In this document: positions 15,801 to 24,679 of the stretch, piece after piece
Layout: every line of letters starts with the position of its first letter
Position numbering within the stretch: position 1 is the stretch's first letter
DNA from: Nemertoderma westbladi
Taxonomy: Eukaryota > Animalia > Xenacoelomorpha
Length of the DNA stretch: 53,801 nt
NCBI GenBank assembly: GCA_032718475.1
Contig: JAUCBJ010002606.1
Span: 1-53,801 of the forward strand
Direction of reading: 5' to 3'
The notes under the pieces: generated by a model
The model's input: only the letters and a program-made list of their open reading frames with translations
What the model was told of the DNA's origin: nothing
The model's database searches: none
Made by a program: the position numbers and the translations under genes

Positions 15801-18009
15801 AACCTTTCCCGAACCCCTCAGTTCCTAATACAGGGAGCAACCTTTCCCGAACACCTCAGTTCCTAATACAGGGAGCAACCTTTCCCGAACCCCTCAGTTC
15901 CTAATACAGGGAGGAATCTTTCCCGAACACCTCAGTTCCTAATACAGGGAGCAACAGTTCCTAATACAGCGAGAAACAGTTCCTAATACAGGGAGCAACC
16001 TTTCCCGAACACCTCAGTTCCTAATACAGGGAGCAACAGTTCCTAATACAGGGAGCAACCTTTCCCGAACCCCTCAGTTCCTAATACAGGGAGCAACCTT
16101 TCCCGAACCCCTCAGTTCCTAATACAGGGAGCAACAGTTCCTAATACAGGGAGCCACCTTTCCCGAACACCTCAGTTCCTAATACAGGGAGCAACAGTTC
16201 CTAATACAGGGAGCAACCTTTCCCGAACCCCTCAGTTCCTAATACAGGGAGCAACCTTTCCCGAACCCCTCAGTTCCTAATACAGGGAGCAACAGTTCCT
16301 AATACAGGGAGCAACCTTTCCCGAACCCCTCAGTTCCTAATACAGGGAGCAACCTTTCCCGAACACCTCAGTTCCTAATACAGGGAGCAACCTATCCCGA
16401 ACCCCTCAGTTCCTAATACAGGGAGCAACCTATCCCGAACCCCTCAGTTCCTAATACAGGGAGCAACCTTTCCCGAACCCCTCAGTTCCTAATACAGGGA
16501 GCAACCTTTCCCGAACACCTCAGTTCCTAATACAGGGAGCAACCTTTCCCGAACCCCTCAGTTCCTAATACAGGGAGCAACCTTTCCCGAACCCCTCAGT
16601 TCCTAATACAGGGAGCAACCTTTCCCGAACACCTCAGTTCCTAATACAGGGAGCAACCTTTCCCGAACCCCTCAGTTCCTAATACAGGGAGCAACCTATC
16701 CCGAACCCCTCAGTTCCTAATACAGGGAGCAACCTTTCCCGAACACCTCAGTTCCTAATAAAGGGAGCAACCTTTCCCGAACACCTCAGTTCCTAATACA
16801 GGGAGCAACCTTTCCCGAACCCCTCAGTTCCTAATACAGGGAGCAACCTATCCCGAACCCCTCAGTTCCTAATACAGGGAGCAACCTTTCCCGAACACCT
16901 CAGTTCCTAATACAGGGAGCAACCTTTCCCGAACCCCTCAGTTCCTAATACAGGGAGCAACCTTTCCCGAACCCCTCAGTTCCTAATACAGGGAGCAACC
17001 TTTCCCGAACACCTCAGTTCCTAATACAGGGAGCAACCTATCCCGAACCCCTCAGTTCCTAATACAGGGAGCAACCTTTCCCGGACCCCTCAGTTCCTAA
17101 TACAGGGAGCAACCTATCCCGAACCCCACAGTTCCTAATACAGGGAGCAACCTATCCCGAACACCTCAGTTCCTAATACAGGGAGCAACCTTTCCCGAAC
17201 ACCTCAGTTCCTAATACAGGGAGCAACCTTTCCCGAACCCCTCAGTTCCTAATACAGGGAGCAACCTATCCCGAACCCCACAGTTCCTAATACAGGGAGC
17301 AACAGTTCCTAATACAGGGAGCAACCTTTCCCGAACACCTCAGTTCCTAATACAGGGAGCAACCTTTCCCGAACACCTCAGTTCCTAATACAGGGAGCAA
17401 CCTTTCCCGAACACCTCAGTTCCTAATACAGGGAGCAACCTTTCCCGAACACCTCAGTTCCTAACACAGGGAGCAAAAGTTCCTAATACAGGGAGCAACA
17501 GTTCCTAATACAGGGAGCAACCTTTCCCGAACCCCTCAGTTCCTAATACAGGGAGCAACAGTTCCTAATACAGGGAGCAACCTATCCCGAACACCTCAGT
17601 TCCTAATACAGGGAGCAACCTTTCCCGAACCCCTCAGTTCCTAATACAGAGAGCAACCTATCCCGAACCCCACAGTTCCTAATACAGGGAGCAACAGTTC
17701 CTAATACAGGGAGCAACCTTTCCCGAACCCCTCAGTTCCTAATACAGGGAGCAACAGTTCCTAATACAGGGAGCAACCTATCCCGAACACCTCAGTTCCT
17801 AATACAGGGAGCAACCTTTCCCGAACCCCTCAGTTCCTAATACAGGGAGCAACCTTTCCCGAACACCTCAGTTCCTAATACAGGGAGCAACCTATCCCGA
17901 ACCCCACAGTTCCTAATACAGGGAGCAACCTTTCCCGAACACCTCAGTTCCTAATACAGGGAGCAACCTTTCCCGAACCCCACAGTTCCTAATACAGGGA
18001 GCAACCTTT
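12833..18009. repeat. Minisatellite C (left part), 38-bp unit CCTCAGTTCCTAATACAGGGAGCAACCTTTCCCGAACA with interspersed 22-bp short units
   Basis: Tandem periodicity of 38 bp; short unit CAGTTCCTAATACAG(G/C)GAGCAA; interrupted mid-unit by the LTR element. Confidence 0.99.
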
Positions 18010-18552
18010 TGTGACGGGATCCAGGAGGGATCCCGATTTATCCGGTGTGGTAATTTAGTCCACGCGTCCCCGCCGTGTATAAGGATGAAATAAAGTAACT
18101 GAGTTCTGAAGTTCGGTGTATAATAATAATAGGGCATGGGATATAGATATAGATATAATGTGTACAAGGCGGGATACGGTAACTAAAGTCCCGTGATCCC
18201 CTAACTAAACTAAAGTACAATACCAACCTACGCTAGCACTGCTGCACTGAGATAACTGAATCACTGATTAATAGGTTATTGGTTATATTGCACGGTGGCC
18301 TTATTGCTACTCAATCGATGCCTTGCCCCCCTCTGATTGGTTGTTACCCTTGTTGGCGCCCCGTGGAGTGTTCCCGTTCACTCCACCTGTTCTCTCTGGG
18401 TTAGGGGTTTGGCCCCTGACCCTCTATTGTGTGCTTCCTTCCCACTCTTATTGGGATGGCACGAGTTGGTTAATTGCCCAATCTCGTGGCTCCCAATATT
18501 GCTTATCGGCTTATAACTTTATGGGGTGTTAGCGGGATTGAATAAGCTAACA
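18010..18552 (-). repeat. 3' LTR (543 bp)
   Basis: tgtgacggg...aagctaaca; identical by eye to 24680-25222 except 18053 A vs 24723 T. Confidence 0.97.
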
Positions 18553-18561
18553 CTCCCCCCC
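18553..18561 (-). promoter_or_regulatory. Polypurine tract (GGGGGGGAG) immediately upstream of the 3' LTR
   Basis: Plus strand ctccccccc abuts the LTR end; canonical PPT position for a minus-strand element. Confidence 0.85.
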
Positions 18562-19254
18562 ATGCTATCTTCCCGGTAAGAAGATAGCATCAACCAAAAA
18601 GTGCGCTACAATCCCGCTGGATCCCGATCTAGTATCGGGTGTGGGGTGGAATTCTTTTCTCTTGGAGCCGGCTTTCCAGGCCGCCCCCTATGGGTATGAT
18701 AACGCTACCCTGTGTGCCTGGCGTCTCATGTCGGGCCGATCGCGCTCACCTCTTCACGCGACTTTTGTTTCCCCAACACTTTCGCCCTATCTCCCCTCTA
18801 CTCTCACCCTAACTCTCTCATACCCCCGGACTTCCTCGTCCCTCACTCAGCCTCTTATTCTCCCCCCCCACACTAGAATTGCGTTCGCACTCTCTCCGCA
18901 CTTCGCACTCTTACTCCGATCCTCAACTCCACTTTGACTATTTTATCTCTCCTGACGAACCTCCCCCCCCTCTCGTGCCGTCGCACTCAAGAAGCGTGAA
19001 ATTGTCAGTTGTCTCGTCCATAGTGCCATAGTCAGTTATCCCCCAGTCCCAGTAGCTAATTGAGAAAGGTTGTATGACTATAGTACTTACTCCAAACGTA
19101 TGTATTTTAGATTACTAATTACTACGTACGTACATACAAATTGCACTTATATGATTATTTGCATTAATTAAATTTACACTTAATAGTTCGTACGTTCCAC
19201 GCGGCGCCTTCCAGGCACACCACGTCTCAGTCTCACTCCCTCGACTCTGAGAAC

Positions 19255-21789
19255 CTATCTGTTCCTCCTGACGTCCTCTTCCCTGGCCCGTTTCTTGGTT
19301 ATCACCGTTCCTCTGGCATCATCCGCTTTCTGCTTTCGGACCTTCGCCGCCACTTCCTTGCTAATCCCGGTCGTTGGCTCCTTGGGCGCTGGTGTTATTA
19401 GTGCCCGATATCGCTTCGCCGGTGGCCCCTCAGAATGGCCCGGTTGTCTCCCTCGAGTGGCGTCCCATAGGATCATTTTCATTGCCTTTGGTACGTGTTC
19501 CGCCAAGAAATCCCTAAACTCCCTCCGGTTCTCTGGTGTCCACCTGTCCAGGTACCGTTGCGTGTTCATAACTCCGGCGAACGACGCCGCCGTTGCTACC
19601 TCTTGATAGGTAAACGGTAACCTTCGCTTTATGATTTCCATGTGGGTCTCCTGGTTTATGAGGAAGAAACCCCACTTGAATTCTTGGGCATTCATGCGCT
19701 GGCGCGTCATGGCCCCGACGTCCGCCCACTCCTCGAATCTCGTGAACTTCTCCTCGTCGCTCATCCAGTCGCACTCGCGCCCGTAGTGTCCCCGAAAATG
19801 GCACTTTGGACATCGGTTATGCAACCGTGGACACGCCCCCATCCTGTGGCTTGGTTCTCTACAGTAGAGACAAAAGGTTCCCCGTTGGAACCGGTATAGG
19901 CAGCTGCTTTCCTGATGGGTCTGTCTCCCACAGTAGTCGCAGCCGAGTACCAATGTCTCCCGTCCCACCTCGTCTCTCGTCCCGAGCAATCTCCGCAGTC
20001 TGTGGAGTCGCTGGTAGGCGAACTTCTCTACGTTGGTCTCCCTGTTTACGTCGATCTCTCCGCCCCTCTCGGGCATCGTCTCCCCGAATACTATCCGTGG
20101 TGCCGTCCCCGGCTGCTCGCCCAACCTGATGGTGCTCCCCGCGAAATCCATCGCCGGCTCCTCGTGCACCCAGGTCCGCTTGCCGGATCTGTTCCAGAAG
20201 GCCCTCGCCCCACTGGCCGTCACCACCCTTCCGCCAACCCAGTCCGTGTCCGAGTGGCCTATCCTTTCGATGGGCGGCATCTCTCCGAAATCGTCGCCGT
20301 CGTCTTCCTCTTCTGGTAGTGTTTCCAACCCCGGTATCCCGATGGATCCACTATGTCCCTTCCCGCCTTGGCTCTCGCCCGTAGCTCTCCATCCCTCTAG
20401 CTCCCTTAGCTTCCTTGGCAGTTGGTCGCCCTCGGCGCCCGCTGGTATGGGCATCGTTTGCAACCCCGACGTCGACTGTTTCGGCGATCCCACCGTCCAT
20501 CCCAATTCTCGCCCTAGAGACTCCCCCGAACTCCCTGACGAAGTCCAATGAAGTTCGTCTAGGCCCGCCTGTTCCTCGAAGCCGTAACTCTGTGCCCTGG
20601 CCTCCTCTTCCCTCTCCTCTGCTTCTATCCTCTCCCGTCTAGCGACTTCTTCCAGTCGCTTTGCTTCTCGTCTGTCCGCCTCTAGCTGCTCCCATCTCTG
20701 ATACGGTGTATCTGTCTCCCCGTCTACCAGATGTCGGCTGTTGTAGTACACCGACTCGCCCTTCAGCCCCGGGTGGTCTACCAGACCGTCAAAGGCCACT
20801 TTAAAGGCTCTCCTGTAGCTTAGGGGTGATCCCGATAACAGAAATGCCCCTGGTTCCCTCTCGATAACCACGGTCATGAATAAGTTAAGCAAACTTATCA
20901 TCATCCAGTCCTCCTGCAGGATATATCGCTTCTGATATACCTTTATCGCTCCCCTGCGGAACTGATATACCTCCTGCTTTCCCGGTCTCGCTCCCCACTT
21001 CAGCGAGTTCGCTAGTTCTGCCCCGTATTCTTCCCTAAACTTTCCCCAGTCCATCGGTTTGTGGCATACGAGCCCCAATAATTGGCCCATCGCCACAGCC
21101 CCGCATTGGCCTGTGTTTTCGACTACCCCCAATCCATCCGGTGCCGTCATAGCCATAAAGACTTTCTGCATATCCAGGAGGTTGGTGGCGTCCGGACCGA
21201 TGATCCTCTCCGCGTCCTCGCGAATCGCCGATCCCACCTTCGTCGTCGACTTCTCCCTTACTAAGACTTGTACCGCTTTCGGTAATCGGTCTAGTTTCGG
21301 CCCGTCCTTCTTCCCATACGTCCCTAGGTCGAATAAGAAGATGTCCCCATTTGGCGCGGCCAAATGTAGGAGTATGGTCCTGGCCGACCCTGCCGTTCCT
21401 CGTCTTGAACCCGCTTCGTCTTCCACGGTTCCCTCGTCATCTAGGATCATATATCCTCCCCTGTTGACGGACTCTATGAACCTCTTCCAGTCCTTCCTCG
21501 GTGATTCCCTCGGATACTTCGGAATCCCGAACTTCGCCTCGTCCCCTTTCACCACGTAGTGGAAGTGTTGGAAGATCGCGTTGTCCAGCGACGGCGTTCC
21601 GTAGGTCCCGACCAGCCGCTGCTCGTGCATCTCCCGGAAGTGGTCCTGCAGCGCTCGTGCCGCGTGACCCCTTTCCAACTTCTCGTAGTATCCTCTCGTC
21701 TTCTCCTCCGGGTGTCTTTCGGTGAAATCCACCAGTATTTCTTTTCCTCCTGACTCCGCCTTCCTCTTCCTGATCAACTTACTCGCCAT
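19255..21789 (-). CDS. ORF2: 844-aa protein with N-terminal DEDDy 3'-5' exonuclease domain (WRN/EXD2/mut-7/RNase D-like), charged coiled-coil/disordered linker and three CCHC zinc knuckles
   Basis: Uninterrupted ORF; first ATG at 21789 in strong Kozak context (GGAATGG). ExoI MILDDEG; LLHLAAPNGDIFLFDL; ExoII LPKAVQVLVREKSTTKVGSAIREDAERI; NLLDMQ; ExoIII-like YQKRYILQED. Knuckles CDYCGRQTHQESSC, CLYCREPSHRMGAC and CPKCHFRGHYGREC at 19771-19941. Confidence 0.85.
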   Translation of the reverse strand: MASKLIRKRKAESGGKEILVDFTERHPEEKTRGYYEKLERGHAARALQDHFREMHEQRLVGTYGTPSLDNAIFQHFHYVVKGDEAKFGIPKYPRESPRKDWKRFIESVNRGGYMILDDEGTVEDEAGSRRGTAGSARTILLHLAAPNGDIFLFDLGTYGKKDGPKLDRLPKAVQVLVREKSTTKVGSAIREDAERIIGPDATNLLDMQKVFMAMTAPDGLGVVENTGQCGAVAMGQLLGLVCHKPMDWGKFREEYGAELANSLKWGARPGKQEVYQFRRGAIKVYQKRYILQEDWMMISLLNLFMTVVIEREPGAFLLSGSPLSYRRAFKVAFDGLVDHPGLKGESVYYNSRHLVDGETDTPYQRWEQLEADRREAKRLEEVARRERIEAEEREEEARAQSYGFEEQAGLDELHWTSSGSSGESLGRELGWTVGSPKQSTSGLQTMPIPAGAEGDQLPRKLRELEGWRATGESQGGKGHSGSIGIPGLETLPEEEDDGDDFGEMPPIERIGHSDTDWVGGRVVTASGARAFWNRSGKRTWVHEEPAMDFAGSTIRLGEQPGTAPRIVFGETMPERGGEIDVNRETNVEKFAYQRLHRLRRLLGTRDEVGRETLVLGCDYCGRQTHQESSCLYRFQRGTFCLYCREPSHRMGACPRLHNRCPKCHFRGHYGRECDWMSDEEKFTRFEEWADVGAMTRQRMNAQEFKWGFFLINQETHMEIIKRRLPFTYQEVATAASFAGVMNTQRYLDRWTPENRREFRDFLAEHVPKAMKMILWDATRGRQPGHSEGPPAKRYRALITPAPKEPTTGISKEVAAKVRKQKADDARGTVITKKRAREEDVRRNR

Positions 21790-22239
21790 TCCGAACACTA
21801 CACTCGCTCACCTGCAGGGTGGTGCCTTACCAAGGCGCAATACAGATGAGTGATGTATTAAGATATTTCGTACGGTTCGATAATGGCCTACTTTCTACTT
21901 AATTGCGCCTTTTAGCCTAAATTTAACCTAATTAATTTTGAAGCTAGTAAATGAGTAAATTAGGCTCATTTCTGTCCGTTACTTTTATTATGTTCTAGAA
22001 CGACTTCCCTTGTGTTGCCACTATTTCTAACTTTCAGCCCTATTCTATTTATTTTAATTCTACTGTCCTACTACCTATTACTGCCTATGGATTATTCTAT
22101 TCTCTAATCCATATTCTGGCCTACTTTGTGGGCCTATGCAGTACAGCAGTATACGTCGTGTGGCCACACGATTTACCCAGCTGTACTCATATGCCCCCCT
22201 CCCGCTACTAACTCTACTTACTGCTAACTAATATCTATA

Positions 22240-22938
22240 TCCTATTTACCCCTTTTACCTCTTACTCTCTCTCTTCTAACTAATGGTACTGCGTACCCTC
22301 TAACTCTAACTAACGGTACTACGTACCTACTAACTCTAACTCTAACTAGCGGTACTACGTACCCTCTAACTCTAACTCTAACTAGCGGTACTACGTACCC
22401 TCTAACTCTAACTCTAACTGGCGGTACTACGTACCCTCTAACTCTAACTCTAACTAGCGGTACTACGTACCCTCTAGCTCTAACTCTAGGCACTACGTAC
22501 CTACTAACTCTCTAACTCTAGGCACTACGTACCTACTAACTAACTAACTAACTCTAGGTACTACGTACCTACTAACTCTCTAACTCTAGGCACTACGTAC
22601 CTACTAACTAACTAACTCTAGGTACTACGTACCTACTAACTCTCTAACTCTAGGCACTACGTACCTACTAACTCTCTAACTCTAGGCACTACGTACCTAC
22701 TAACTCTCTAACTCTAGGCACTACGTACCTACTAACTAACTAACTCTAGGTACTACGTACCTACTAACTAACTAACTCTAGGTACTACGTACCTACTAAC
22801 CAACTAACTCTAGGTACTACGTACCTACTAACTAACTAACTCTAGGTACTACGTACCTACTAACTCTCTAACTCTAGGCACTATGTACCTACTAACTAAC
22901 TAACTCTAGGTACTACGTACCTACTAACTAACTAACTA
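22240..22938. repeat. Element-internal tandem array of ~30-36 bp units (ACTAACTCTAGGTACTACGTACCT core)
   Basis: Tandem units between ORF1 and ORF2; core TAGGTAC-tac-GTACCTA is a 7-bp inverted repeat. Confidence 0.95.
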
Positions 22939-23080
22939 TTTTTTATTTTATTTTTATTTTATTTGTGTGGGAAGGGCGTCTCGCCCTCAATCCCACCCCC
23001 CTCAGTCCAAAACTTGGACGACTAAACTACGCACTAACTCCACTTCTAAGGTGCCCCTTCTAGAAGACAGGTAACACCTC

Positions 23081-23200
23081 TGCCCGCACCTTTTACGGAT
23101 CTAACTCTTCCATCCCAGTCCAACCTGTTGGACAACTCAGCGACCCAAGGGGTGATTCCTCCAGCAGGCAACTCTCCCACTGCCCCCCTATAGGTTCTCT
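23081..23200 (-). pseudogene. Frameshifted remnant of BEL/Pao integrase C-terminal region (DUF5641-like)
   Basis: Reading across frames on minus: REP..VGE..CLLEES-PLGR-VVQQV-G-DGRVRSVK-VR, compared with the recalled consensus R.P.VGD.VL..E....WPLGRV..V..G.DG.VRSV.V. Confidence 0.55.
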
Positions 23201-24547
23201 AATTCTTCGCTCCGTTCTCCTTGTCAATTCGATAGGTGGTCTTTTCTCCTGTTTTTGGAAATGCTGTCTGCTATTTATGTTTCTGATCTCGTGGTCGTCC
23301 CTTGGCGGCAAAGTGCCACCCTTCAACGTGTCACCCGGCGGTATAATGCCGCCCCTGTTCTTCTCCTTAATCTTAGATGCCACCTCTGTTGGCCTCCCCC
23401 TTAATATGTGTGCTGGCATTAAAGGCTTCAACGACCCCCGTTCGTCCTTCGGTATACACGATGTCTCCCTACACTCCTTTTCCTCTATTTCCTCACGCTC
23501 CCTAAGATTTCTCAAAGCCCTCTCTGCCCTCTCTCCGGTTTCTCTAATCAATGCTTCTTCCCTCGCTAACCGCACTCTCCCCTCCTCTAACCGTTCCTCC
23601 ATTTCCCTTTGACCTTGTTCTACCATGCTGAGACGGTATGCGGCACCTATCTCTCTCACCACTCTTTCTTTCGCGGAGGATGTAGCAGACTTATCAGTTA
23701 CAACGGACCCCCTCCGCCTTCCCGACCTACTAACTTTCCCCCGCTTCCCCGAACTCTCTCTGACCGACGAGGCCGAATCCTCGGGGTTAACCTCGGATCC
23801 GCCCCCCTCGGGTTCCCTCCAACCCACTAATTTTGCTCCCCGGGCATCGACCAAGTATGGCCCTATGTACACTGGCGCTACGCTAGGTTCCATACTCCCG
23901 CACTCCCATAGTTCAAACAGTTCGCCCGCAACCCCTTTTGCTCTCTCCCCGGCTAGTTCTCTCTGCCCAAAACGTATTAGGTAATTAAAGTGTCTATCCG
24001 ACTCACCTAGTCGCTTTCTCAGTCTCACCTCGTCTACCTTCGCCCCTTCCTTCTTGGCGTCCTTCATCAGCTTCCGGGTCGCGTTGTAGGCCCGTCGAAG
24101 TCGTTCTGAAACCCCGACGTCCTCGTCGCCGACCTCTCCTCCGTCCCTCCGGGTTCGGCGTCGTACCGGCGGCCCCACCGTCGCCGTTCCGGTGGGCCGT
24201 CCGTCGCCCTCGGCCTGTAGCTGGCCGGCGACATCGGTACCGATCTCTCCTCTGTCTCTTCGCGTCCGGCGTCGCACCGTCGGCCCCACCGTCGCCGTTT
24301 CGGTGGGCCGCTCGTCGCCCTCGGCCGGTAGCTGGCCGGCGATATCAGCGCGCCGTTCTCCGTCTCGTGTCGACTCGTCTCCATCTCCCTCCGTCCCGCT
24401 CTCGCTTTCTCTTGGCTCGTTCTGGACTTCCGGTTCGCCCGTTATCGATGGCTCCGGCGTCGTGGGCCTGTATCGCTTGGTCGCGGCCTCGCGGATCGTT
24501 TGATCTTCGTCCGGGGTCCGCGTCGGTGTCTCGCCCGATTCACTCAT
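23093..24547 (-). CDS. ORF1: 484-aa truncated Gag-like protein (BEL/Pao-type N-terminus, no capsid or zinc fingers)
   Basis: ATG ~130 nt downstream of the 5' LTR. EVNPEDSASSV + Ser/Arg-rich tract + SSAKER + Glu/Arg coiled coil resembles the P-x-DS-x-S-x-V / coiled-coil N-terminus I recall from BEL/Pao Gag. 37-aa internal duplication. Confidence 0.65.
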   Translation of the reverse strand: MSESGETPTRTPDEDQTIREAATKRYRPTTPEPSITGEPEVQNEPRESESGTEGDGDESTRDGERRADIAGQLPAEGDERPTETATVGPTVRRRTRRDRGEIGTDVAGQLQAEGDGRPTGTATVGPPVRRRTRRDGGEVGDEDVGVSERLRRAYNATRKLMKDAKKEGAKVDEVRLRKRLGESDRHFNYLIRFGQRELAGERAKGVAGELFELWECGSMEPSVAPVYIGPYLVDARGAKLVGWREPEGGGSEVNPEDSASSVRESSGKRGKVSRSGRRRGSVVTDKSATSSAKERVVREIGAAYRLSMVEQGQREMEERLEEGRVRLAREEALIRETGERAERALRNLREREEIEEKECRETSCIPKDERGSLKPLMPAHILRGRPTEVASKIKEKNRGGIIPPGDTLKGGTLPPRDDHEIRNINSRQHFQKQEKRPPIELTRRTERRIREPIGGQWESCLLEESPLGSLSCPTGWTGMEELDP

Positions 24548-24679
24548 CTCGTCTGGTGGCTGATGGTTCGGCTAGCTAGGCTGCAGTTTTTGATGTTCAA
24601 CTGGGGCTTCTTCCTCGGATTTAGTTACTAGTAGGTGGTTTGGGTTTTAGTTACTGTTCAGGGCACCGGGTTTAGTTAC

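Noticed and set aside
17913-18937. Short ORFs in the LTRs (duplicated at 24708-25202) and 3' UTR
   Set aside because: Duplicated only because they lie in the LTRs; no coding features.
19771-19941. ORF2 as the element's ordinary Gag because of its CCHC knuckles
   Set aside because: It lies 3' of the pol remnant, has an exonuclease-like rather than capsid N-terminus, and knuckle spacing and the third finger differ from the BEL/Pao Gag pattern I recall.
22242-22493. 83-aa VRVRGYVVP repeat ORF
   Set aside because: Translation of the internal tandem array; no ATG start or independent support.
19295-24579. Many 60-170-aa plus-strand and alternative-frame ORFs overlapping ORF1/ORF2
   Set aside because: Antisense shadows of GC-rich coding sequence; no motifs, mostly non-ATG starts.
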